The notes beneath the pieces are model-generated. The model ran no database searches. It was not told the DNA's origin and worked only from the letters and a program-made list of their open reading frames with translations. Of a DNA stretch of 10,458 bases, positions 1 to 7,240 are shown piece by piece. Position numbers and translations under genes: made by a program. The stretch is from an uncultured Candidatus Binatia bacterium (lineage in GTDB: Bacteria > Desulfobacterota > Binatia > UBA9968 > JAJDTQ01), in NCBI GenBank assembly GCA_965242525.1, contig CBDESP010000005.1, positions 1 to 10,458 on the forward strand, in the 5' to 3' direction. Each line of letters opens with the position of its first letter. Position 1 is the first letter of the stretch.

Positions 1-301
1 GACGGCGCCGAACAAGTCTTCCAGGGTCAGGGTCCCGGTGTCCCCACTGGCGTCGCGCAAGTTCTCCGCCAGGCGCTCGATCAGGTCGTTCGCGAGCGTG
101 GCCCCTTCCGGGACCTTCAGAGCCTTGGTCAGGTACTGGGCAGGGACAAGCCAGCCCGCCAGGTCAAGGCCAAGGTGCAGGGCGTCCAGGGCCGTGTCCT
201 GCCAATCCTGTTGCTCGATCTCCCGCGCCCACCCGCGTCAGCAACGCGCCGTCCTTCACCACGAAACTGACCACGGCTTCCGTGATCGTCTTGAGACTCA
301 T
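1..301 (-). pseudogene. Hypothetical gene with an apparent single-base frameshift near 232-234; runs off the window edge
   Basis: AAGGAGG (306-312) and an ATGA overlap give start 301. This frame stops at 164-166 (45 aa). Deleting one G from cgggtgg joins it to an open frame with high-GC3 codons (LTR-WAREIEQQDWQDTALDALHLGLDLAGW...LFGAV) that continues to position 1. Confidence 0.6.
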
Positions 302-555
302 AGGTCCTCCTTGGACACGATCCGCTCTACCGCCTTGCGTGTCCAGTTGTCCCCGTAGCCGGTCCCGGCTCCCGGGGAGGGTATGCCGAAGGCGTTCAAC
401 GCCTTGGCGATTGCTGCCAGGCTCATTCCCTCACCCTGGCAACGCCGTATCCAGGGGAGAGCGGCGTTGATCCGCTCCATCTTCCGCTCGTTCACGCTCT
501 GTGCGGCCTTGCGGCGGGCGCGGTCTCCCCATCGACTCGTAGGAGATTGAGACAT
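298..555 (-). CDS. Stand-alone recombinase-type (serine recombinase C-terminal) DNA-binding domain protein, about 85 aa
   Basis: GMSLAAIAKALNAFGIPSP......WTRKAVERI matches the G.SL..IA..LN..G..T..G..W....V..I motif. No catalytic resolvase domain upstream. Start uncertain (ATG 555 has no clear RBS). Confidence 0.75.
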   Translation of the reverse strand: MSQSPTSRWGDRARRKAAQSVNERKMERINAALPWIRRCQGEGMSLAAIAKALNAFGIPSPGAGTGYGDNWTRKAVERIVSKEDL

Positions 556-700
556 GATCGACGTTCGTACCATTCGAAAGATCAAACGTAAAGGGGTGAC
601 GGCGAACGTTTGTCTCACGATCTAGGGTCAAATGTCGATCCCGGTCGCAACCCGCCAGGTTGATGAAGATGAAGATCACGGCGGCCCAACAGGGTCTCAT
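431..700 (-). CDS. Possible small lipoprotein, 89 aa (MRPCWAAVIFIFINLAGC-DRDR...)
   Basis: ATG 700 overlaps the portal stop (ATGA). Basic residue, hydrophobic core, then lipobox LAGC with Cys18. However, its 3' part overlaps the next gene out of frame and the 5' part is relatively AT-rich. Confidence 0.35.
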   Translation of the reverse strand: MRPCWAAVIFIFINLAGCDRDRHLTLDRETNVRRHPFTFDLSNGTNVDHVSISYESMGRPRPPQGRTERERAEDGADQRRSPLDTALPG

Positions 701-1764
701 TCGTCCAACCCCGCCAGGCGGCGGGCTTCCTCTACGCTCAGGCCACCGGTGGTCATGCTCTGGAAGGCCCGGGCGCGGCCCTGGACGTCTGCGGCGTAGA
801 GGCGCTCGAACGACACCTTGACCGGCCCGGGCAGCTTGGCGCTGGCCTCGGCTTCCAGCAGGCGGCCCGCTGGCGCCAGGGTGGTGTGAAGGAACGTCCG
901 CAGGTGTTCGCGGATATGGCCGCCGGACAGGGAGACCAGGCCAGGCGGGACGCCGCACACCGAAAGCACGCTCTCGAAGACCTGACGGCGAAGCTCAACG
1001 ACGGCGGCAGGCGGGTCCAGGCCAATACGCCGCGGTTGCCATTCCCCTTGCGGCGCCCGGACCTCCGGCGCCATGCCACCGGACGTTTCCACCAGGGCGG
1101 TTTGTCCCTTGAGGTTGCTCAGGTCGCGCTTGAGCGCGGCGAGCGGGTCCACCGCGTTCCCCTCGCTGTCCGTGATGGTGCTGAGCGGCGCCTTGGGGAT
1201 GGGGATCAAGTAGCCCACCTTGGCGGCGGCTTCCTCGGTGAGCCGCTGTTCCATGCTGGCGGCCATCTTGCCCAGGGTGGCGGCCCATTGCATCGGCCCG
1301 ATGCCCAGGGACGGGTTCGTGGCCTCGTAGCTGTACTGGACGTGCAGGACGTTGGCGGCACCGGTGCGGACGGCCATGGACCCTTCCGGGCCGTTCAGGA
1401 TCAGGTCGTACCGCCAGGAGTTGCGGTCCCGGCCACCGGTGGTGTTGGCGTTGGTTACCGGGTAGAGCGCGGGCATGGCGCCCTCGGACAGGTACAGCAT
1501 GGCTTGTCCGCTCTGGCAGAGGCTTCGGCCCACCCAACCCAATATCGACGGGGTTAGCAGCATGGCCGCTCCGGAAGGAGAGACGCTGGCCATGGTGAAG
1601 CATCGGGACCACCAGCCGGCCGCTGCTTCCAGGGCTGCGGTCCGGAGCGCGGTCAGGGACTCCCCTGTGTTGGCCTGCAGGATGGCCGTTACGATCGCGT
1701 CCGTGTAGTTGCGGTCCTCTGTGGGCGGCGTCCCGGTGCGTTGGGAGAAAGGCCAAAGGGTCAT
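697..1764 (-). CDS. Phage portal protein (HK97-like), 355 aa
   Basis: AALEAAAG.WSR.F, L.QSGQA.LYL, VLHVQY...P..GIGP, SVCGVPPGLV, TLAP...LLEAE and GGLSVEEARRLAGL follow the HK97 portal layout. Start ATG 1764 has an ATGA overlap and GGAGG at 1769-1773. Confidence 0.88.
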   Translation of the reverse strand: MTLWPFSQRTGTPPTEDRNYTDAIVTAILQANTGESLTALRTAALEAAAGWWSRCFTMASVSPSGAAMLLTPSILGWVGRSLCQSGQAMLYLSEGAMPALYPVTNANTTGGRDRNSWRYDLILNGPEGSMAVRTGAANVLHVQYSYEATNPSLGIGPMQWAATLGKMAASMEQRLTEEAAAKVGYLIPIPKAPLSTITDSEGNAVDPLAALKRDLSNLKGQTALVETSGGMAPEVRAPQGEWQPRRIGLDPPAAVVELRRQVFESVLSVCGVPPGLVSLSGGHIREHLRTFLHTTLAPAGRLLEAEASAKLPGPVKVSFERLYAADVQGRARAFQSMTTGGLSVEEARRLAGLDE

Positions 1765-4736
1765 GCTGCCTCCGGTTTCAGGACTATGAATTGGCAACCG
1801 GTGTTTCGGGCCAAGTCCGTTCCCACGCCTGCAGTCGATTTCGTGACGATGTCGAAGAATCCGGGAGAGGCGTTATGGACTTCGTTGATGGGCTGGCCCG
1901 CCCCCCAGGGATTGACCATGGTGATATAGACGTTGTCCGCGAAGGGTTCCGAAAACGTCACCCGGTAGGAGCCTATACCATTCCGCACAACCGACGCGAT
2001 GCCGCGCGACGCAGACAGGTTCGGGTTATGCGTCAGGGTTTCGCTGGCCTGGTCGAACCGGCCCCATAACAGACGGAACCCCAACGGCGCTGCACTGGCC
2101 GCCGCGTCCGTGGGCGTGAAGGTGATCCGCGCCTCCGCGGTGATCGTGGCGCCCGTGGCCCCGGCCTTGCCTTCCCAGTAATGGTAGGTCGCCACCTCGT
2201 TGTTGGCGTTCCTCACCATCAGGAACCGATACGTGCCCACCTCCGTCAAGTTGGAATAGACCACCTGTGTGAAGGCCACCAGGCCGGACAAGCTCTCCGT
2301 GGAGCTGAACACGAAGGCGTCCACCTGCGCCAGGTCGGAGGCGAACAGGATATTGGACAGGTCCACACGCCGCTGTTCCGCGGTCTGGTTCACTCCCTGT
2401 TGGAAGCCCATGTTTGCGTCGGACACCGGCGCAATGGTCAGGGTCAGGGCAAGGTGGAACTCCCCGCGTCCATTGCCTTCTGTGTCCAGGTCGAAGACGG
2501 GAGACAGGGCGGTGGGCGCCGCTGGGCGCTGGTTGCGGTCCGTGCGCGCCAGGGTCATGCCCGGGAACTCATGGTCCAGCAGGGACGTACCGGGGACGTG
2601 CGGGATGGCCCCGTCCACGTAGGCCTTGACCTTGGCGGCGTCGGGAACCCGGTCCGCCGTGCCTGCGGCCATTTGCGCGGTGGTGGCCAGGTCGTCCGTG
2701 TAGACCGTGGTCATGGGCAGCTTGATCTTGCCCCACCTGGTTCCGTTCCCGGTCCGGGCTTGCTCCAGTATCCGGTTGTCCACCTGTCCCAGGGTCAGGC
2801 GGTTCCGGGCGTCCGGCTGCCAATGGTTGTCCACACGTCCCGTCAGGGAGAACGGGGTGACGTGTTCGGCGTCGGTGTAGAGGTTCAACAGGTAGTGCTT
2901 GGCGCCGGTGATCTCCGGGAGCTTCGGGCCGTCCGACGTCCGGTGGTATGCCCATCGGGTGACCGGCGAACCGTCATCCCCGCTGGACCGGTCCAGGACG
3001 ATCTCGTTGAAGCTCCCGTTGTCCGTCTCCAACTCCCCGTAGAGGGTGGCCGGTATGGTCTGGTCCGTGCCCACGTACCAGCCGCGCGGGATGTAGAGCC
3101 GGATGTTGCCGGGGTTGGCTTGCGTGTTCCACTGGAAGACCGCGTCGCCCTGGTAGTTCGCCAGGGGCGTTCCCGCCAGGCCCGCGATCTGGTTCAGGCT
3201 CAGGTTGTCCGTGCCTTCGACAAGCTCGTAGAGCTCCCCGTCCACGTTCACCAGGTCGCCCACGGTGTAGCCCGCGATGCCCGGTATGGCGTCGAAGTGC
3301 TGCACGGCCTTGACGGTGGCGTTCCCGAAGCGGGTCTCTCGTCCGTTGGGCGCTACGGTCAGCACTTCCCCGGCGTCGCCTATGGCGAAGTCAGGGACCC
3401 GGCGCGCTACGGGTATCCGGGCGTCCACCAGGGCGTTGATTTCGGCGTCCGTGCGTTGGGTGTTTGTGTCCGTGTCCGTGGCCGCGATGGTGAAGGTCTG
3501 TGCGGCGCCGCTGCCCGAAGGCGTGATGCTGACGTTGCCCCCGGCAACCAGGGCCGCTGCGATCTGTGCGCGGATGTCGGCGTCGGAGCGGGTGGTGTCC
3601 GTGTCTCCCGGACTGGCGGCAATGGTGACGATACGGTTGTCCCCGCTGCCCGAAGGCGTCAGGGTGACGTTGGCCCCTGCCGCCAGCATCCGTTGAACCT
3701 CGGCGCGGATTTCGGCGTCCGTGCGTTGGGTGTTTGTGTCCGTGTCCGTGGCCGCGATGGTGAAGGTCTGTGCGGCGCCGCTGCCCGAAGGCGTGATGCT
3801 GACGTTGCCCCCGGCAACCAGGGCCGCTGCGATCTGTGCGCGGATGTCGGCGTCGGAGCGGGTGGTGTCCGTGTCTCCCGGGGTGGCCGCGATGGTGAGG
3901 ATTCGGTTGTCTCCGCGGCCCGAAGGCGTGATGGTGATGTTCGCCCCGGCCGCCAGCATCTGTTGAACCTCGGAGCGGATCTCGGTGTCCGTCCGTTGGG
4001 TGTTGGTGTCGGTGTCCGTGGCCGCGATGGTGAAGGTCTGTGCGGCGCCGCTGCCCGAAGGCGTGATGGTGACGTTGCCCCCGGCAACCAGGGCCGCTGC
4101 GATCTGTGCGCGGATGTCGGCGTCCGTCCGCGGGTTGACCGTGCCTTGGGACGCGGGCAGGTTGATGTCTGTGCGCTGTCCGGCAGAGGATACGAACGTC
4201 AGCACGGCCCCGGATATGGAGACCCCGTCGAAAGGCACGCTCTTGTTCAGGGTGGACACCACGCCGGCCGCCAGTTGATCCACGCCGATGGACCCGTCCG
4301 CAACCGGGGTTGGTTGCGGTTGCGGCAACGCCAGGCGCACTTCCTGAGCGTTGCTGAAGGTGATGACCAGGGTGGAGCCGTCGATGGCGACGGCGGTTAC
4401 GTAGTGACCGGCAATGGACGCGACGGACAGGGCCGCGGCGGCGTCCGAAGAGAGGATGGCGGCCCCTTGGATCAGGTAGTCGGACAGCAGGGCCGCGGCC
4501 CCGCTGTTCACGAACGGCCTTGCCCAACCCATGCTGCCCGCGGACTCGGGCATGTCGTAGATGTAGGCCACCAGGCGAATGAACGCCTCTTTCTTGACCG
4601 CGTCCGGAACCGGACTATTGTTGATGCGGGTGTCGAGCCAGGCGTCGAGCGCTGGTGACAGGGTGGTCAAACGTGGATCGTCCGCGGCAATGCGGAGAGC
4701 CGCGGCAAGCTCGGCATTGGTGGCGGGAGCGGCCAT
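1761..4736 (-). CDS. Head-tail connector (HK97 gp6/SPP1 gp15-like) N-terminal domain fused to a repeat-containing fibre/adhesin-like protein, 991 aa
   Basis: Residues ~1-95 (ELAAALRI..DD..L...VPDAVKKEAFIRLVAYIYD...SGAAALLSDY) fit gp6-like connectors. Then come beta-rich segments, five 45-aa repeats, and a C-terminal WGRFD...GIASVVRNGIGSYRVTF..PF.D..Y domain resembling phage fibre tips. TAGATG junction upstream, ATGA downstream. Confidence 0.75.
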   Translation of the reverse strand: MAAPATNAELAAALRIAADDPRLTTLSPALDAWLDTRINNSPVPDAVKKEAFIRLVAYIYDMPESAGSMGWARPFVNSGAAALLSDYLIQGAAILSSDAAAALSVASIAGHYVTAVAIDGSTLVITFSNAQEVRLALPQPQPTPVADGSIGVDQLAAGVVSTLNKSVPFDGVSISGAVLTFVSSAGQRTDINLPASQGTVNPRTDADIRAQIAAALVAGGNVTITPSGSGAAQTFTIAATDTDTNTQRTDTEIRSEVQQMLAAGANITITPSGRGDNRILTIAATPGDTDTTRSDADIRAQIAAALVAGGNVSITPSGSGAAQTFTIAATDTDTNTQRTDAEIRAEVQRMLAAGANVTLTPSGSGDNRIVTIAASPGDTDTTRSDADIRAQIAAALVAGGNVSITPSGSGAAQTFTIAATDTDTNTQRTDAEINALVDARIPVARRVPDFAIGDAGEVLTVAPNGRETRFGNATVKAVQHFDAIPGIAGYTVGDLVNVDGELYELVEGTDNLSLNQIAGLAGTPLANYQGDAVFQWNTQANPGNIRLYIPRGWYVGTDQTIPATLYGELETDNGSFNEIVLDRSSGDDGSPVTRWAYHRTSDGPKLPEITGAKHYLLNLYTDAEHVTPFSLTGRVDNHWQPDARNRLTLGQVDNRILEQARTGNGTRWGKIKLPMTTVYTDDLATTAQMAAGTADRVPDAAKVKAYVDGAIPHVPGTSLLDHEFPGMTLARTDRNQRPAAPTALSPVFDLDTEGNGRGEFHLALTLTIAPVSDANMGFQQGVNQTAEQRRVDLSNILFASDLAQVDAFVFSSTESLSGLVAFTQVVYSNLTEVGTYRFLMVRNANNEVATYHYWEGKAGATGATITAEARITFTPTDAAASAAPLGFRLLWGRFDQASETLTHNPNLSASRGIASVVRNGIGSYRVTFSEPFADNVYITMVNPWGAGQPINEVHNASPGFFDIVTKSTAGVGTDLARNTGCQFIVLKPEAA
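3438..4130 (-). repeat. Intragenic tandem repeat: 135-bp (45-aa) units arranged A-B-A-B-A plus a partial unit, 270-bp higher-order period
   Basis: cggatgtcggcgtc recurs at 3571, 3841 and 4111. 3438-3611 and 3708-3881 are identical over 174 bp by manual comparison. A = R(T/S)DADIRAQIAAALVAGGNV(T/S)ITPSGSGAAQTFTIAATDTDTNTQ. B = RTDxEIRxEVQxMLAAGANxTxTPSGxGDNRIxTIAAxPGDTDTT. Confidence 0.97.
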
Positions 4737-5300
4737 CTACATCAACCCTCGTAGCAGGTTGCGGCGGTAGCGGTCTGCCCGGGACAGCTCGGGCGGCGCC
4801 GCGTCGCGGTCCAGGGTGGACCGGGGATACGCCGGTTGCGCCACCAGGCCCAGGCCGTAGAGGGTGGCGGCCTGGATCGTCCGGTGCTGCCCGTCCCAGG
4901 AGTCCTTGTCCACGCGGAACTCGGCAGAGAAGGACGCCAGCACACCCATGCGGATCAGCTCCACGGCCTCGCGTCCGTCCGCTGTGTCGGGAAGGTCGAA
5001 CTCTGCCCGGACTTCGCGGTCCCCGAAGTCGAGGCTCATGTTGCCCGGGCGGCTGGCCAGCAGGCGGCTGCGGTCGTGCAGGATGTTGGCGACGATGGGC
5101 CCCGAGTAGGGCTTCATGGCCCCGGCCTCGAACTCTTCGGTGAAGGCGCCGATCCCGGCTACGTCTCCGTAGCGCAGGATGACGCCGGACACCTTGCCCA
5201 GGCCGGTCTTGTCCTCGCGGAACTCCATGTCCAGGGGCGCGGCGGGCGCCCCCAGGTAGCGCAGTTCGAGGGCTGGTTTGGCGTAGATTTTACCGGCCAT
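4737..5300 (-). CDS. HK97-family prohead protease (Peptidase S78-like), 187 aa
   Basis: SG..LRYG...F.E.FEAGA, NILHDR (His), DLPDT.DGRE..EL.R.G.LASFS.EF (Ser) and LV..PAYP. True start is ATG 5300 with AGGTGG upstream. The longer 399-aa track ORF overlaps MCP. Confidence 0.9.
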   Translation of the reverse strand: MAGKIYAKPALELRYLGAPAAPLDMEFREDKTGLGKVSGVILRYGDVAGIGAFTEEFEAGAMKPYSGPIVANILHDRSRLLASRPGNMSLDFGDREVRAEFDLPDTADGREAVELIRMGVLASFSAEFRVDKDSWDGQHRTIQAATLYGLGLVAQPAYPRSTLDRDAAPPELSRADRYRRNLLRGLM

Positions 5301-5308
5301 GATTCCAC

Positions 5309-6625
5309 CTACGACGTCTTGAGCCGGAAGAACGTGTCCGGACGGATCACCTTGAAGTCGTGCAGGATGATGGACGTCAACGCCACCTCGCCCTTGGCGG
5401 CGCCGCTGTACACGTCCCGGATCAGGCTCATGGTGGGCCACATGGCATAGACCGCGGCGTTGGCCCGGCCCACCGGCAGACTGCCCAAGCCCACGATGTC
5501 GTTGGCCGCCAGGGCTGCGGTGGTCATGTTGCCCGCGACGCGCCAGGTGTATCCTTGGCGCCGCAGCACGTCCGCAATGGTGTCGTTGTTGTTCGCGCTC
5601 GCGAACAGGCTGGTCAGGGCGCGGAACAGGGTGGGCGCCAGCACCAGGGAGACTTCCCCGGTGGTCTGTGCCCGGATGCCGTCGATCAGCTCGTTCAAGC
5701 CCGTGATCGTCTGCGTGAACAGGTTGGGACCGTTGGCGATCTGCGCGCGCCAGGTCTTGGTGATCTCCTTGACGCCGGTGGCGGCGTCCAGGCCGGTGAT
5801 ATCCGCGTCCGTCCCGGTCCCGCTGTCCTCGCCCTCGAGGATGGCGGTATCGGCGCCCACCCGGACCGCCATCTCCAGGTCGGACCGCAGTTGCTCCTCG
5901 AGGCGCTCGATACGGGCCGTGTCCTCGATGCGCCACACGTACCGGGCAGACATGCGCTTGGGCGTCATGGTCAGGCTCGACAGGGTAGCCGCGGTCGCGT
6001 CCACCTCTTGGGACCGGGCGCGCTGGACCGGGTCGTTCGAGCTGGTGAGGATCAGGTATTCGGGGTCTCCCACGCCAGGGCTTGCCATCGTCACCCCGAG
6101 GTAGCCGGCCAACGTGGGCCGGAACAGGCGGCCCAACCAGGCCTGCACGCCGGCGCTGTTCTCCCCGAAGTCCACCGCGGGCGCGGTGACGGCGTCGACG
6201 CGCTCCTCGATGGGCGCCTGGACGGAGCGTTGCGCCAGGAGCTCCATCGGAAGCTGCACGATGCCGGACTCCGGAATGGCCCGGGCCGCGTTGAGTTCGG
6301 CCTCGGCGCCGGACAGCTTCTCCTCGGTCAGGGCGGACCGGACGTAGTGGCCGATCTTCACCTTGTCCAGCAGGCCCCGGATTTCGGCGCCCTCGCCCCC
6401 GGCGTGGGCGTCCTCGATGGCCGCGGCGGCGGCTTCTTCGGCGACGGCGGTCCGGTACTCACTTTCGAGTTGCAGGATACGGGACGTTGCTTCGCCGATT
6501 TGCCGGTCCAGGTCCGGGGATGGGGAGCCATCCGTGGTTGCCAGGGGGTGATCCGGGCGGCTCAGGTCTCCCAGGGTGGACCGAGCCTCGGACAGTTGTA
6601 CCAGCAGTTCTTGGGACTTTCTCAC
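5309..6625 (-). CDS. Major capsid protein (HK97 fold) with N-terminal coiled-coil scaffolding (delta-like) region, 438 aa
   Basis: Helical charged N-terminus, then capsid-like motifs LTMTPKRMSA, LRSDLEMAV....DTAILEG...ITGL, LIRDVYSGAAKGEVAL and HDFKVIRPDTF. Strongest RBS of the structural genes. Adjacent to the protease. Confidence 0.88.
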   Translation of the reverse strand: MRKSQELLVQLSEARSTLGDLSRPDHPLATTDGSPSPDLDRQIGEATSRILQLESEYRTAVAEEAAAAAIEDAHAGGEGAEIRGLLDKVKIGHYVRSALTEEKLSGAEAELNAARAIPESGIVQLPMELLAQRSVQAPIEERVDAVTAPAVDFGENSAGVQAWLGRLFRPTLAGYLGVTMASPGVGDPEYLILTSSNDPVQRARSQEVDATAATLSSLTMTPKRMSARYVWRIEDTARIERLEEQLRSDLEMAVRVGADTAILEGEDSGTGTDADITGLDAATGVKEITKTWRAQIANGPNLFTQTITGLNELIDGIRAQTTGEVSLVLAPTLFRALTSLFASANNNDTIADVLRRQGYTWRVAGNMTTAALAANDIVGLGSLPVGRANAAVYAMWPTMSLIRDVYSGAAKGEVALTSIILHDFKVIRPDTFFRLKTS

Positions 6626-6629
6626 ATCG

Positions 6630-6636
6630 ACCTCCT
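6630..6636 (-). promoter_or_regulatory. Strong Shine-Dalgarno (AGGAGGT) for the major capsid gene
   Basis: AGGAGGT lies 4 nt upstream of GTG 6625 and overlaps the upstream TAG. Confidence 0.8.
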
Positions 6637-7240
6637 AGTCTGGAACGCGCGGCGGTGACGTATTCGCCGCACCCTCGTAAAAAGCCTTCTTCATGCGCCG
6701 GAACAGGGCTTCCGATGACAGGAGTTCCCTGACTCGCGGCACCCAACGAGCGTAGTAGCAGGCTCCCGGGGGAGCGTTGTAGCGGACTTCCAGGAACCCG
6801 TTGGCCCTGTTGAACCCTTTTAATTCCACTTCCACTGCTTGTTTGAGCGAGTGTTTGAGCTTCCCGGTTCGGGCAGGCGTCTTCCTCAGCAGGTATTGCT
6901 TGGTTTGTGAATGCAAGGCTATCCTTGTCTCGTCCTCGAAACTCCTTAGCACCCTCCGAACCTCATAGCGTGGCAATTCCCTTCCCGCTCTTATGCGGAA
7001 ATGCAACCGTCGAAAGGTTTCGACTCGGTTGAACCGCCCCTTTCCCTTGTTGAGCCTTGCGAGGATTTCATAGTCATCGGGGCGAAGGTCCCGCCGGCTT
7101 CTACCATCATTGCCGGGTGCGATGCCTCTCTGACCTCTTCGCCTGCGTCCTCTTAGCCTGCGTACTCTCCGCAGAGCCTTGAAGGCGGCGGGGGACGCCG
7201 CGGCGAGCGCAAACCTGGCAAAAAATAACCCGAAAGCCAT
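6635..7240 (-). CDS. HK97 gp10-like neck/tail-completion protein with hydrophobic and Arg-rich N-terminal extension, 201 aa
   Basis: TPARTGKLKHSL...YYARWV resembles the gp10-family P.dTG.Lr.S...YA.yVE motif. Lies directly after the gp16-like gene. Start set at ATG 7240 by the TGATG overlap. Confidence 0.55.
   Translation of the reverse strand: MAFGLFFARFALAAASPAAFKALRRVRRLRGRRRRGQRGIAPGNDGRSRRDLRPDDYEILARLNKGKGRFNRVETFRRLHFRIRAGRELPRYEVRRVLRSFEDETRIALHSQTKQYLLRKTPARTGKLKHSLKQAVEVELKGFNRANGFLEVRYNAPPGACYYARWVPRVRELLSSEALFRRMKKAFYEGAANTSPPRVPD

Noticed and set aside
565-593. Possible minus-strand promoter TTTACG-N17-TACGAA before the recombinase-domain gene
   Set aside because: The -10 lacks the conserved final T and the host sigma consensus is unknown, so it is too weak to call.
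3438-4130. Repeat array as a CRISPR or a DGR template/variable repeat pair
   Set aside because: In-frame 135-bp coding units without unique spacers. Differences are not adenine-specific, and no cas or reverse transcriptase gene is in the window.
2181-4658. 825-aa plus-strand ORF and other long antisense ORFs (886-1557, 5360-6658, 8852-10063)
   Set aside because: Shadow ORFs of GC-rich minus-strand genes, with no recognisable motifs.
5301-5936. N-terminal 212 aa of the 399-aa track ORF, suggesting a long or fused protease
   Set aside because: Out-of-frame overlap with MCP and Arg/His/Gly-rich nonsense composition. ATG 5300 has its own RBS.
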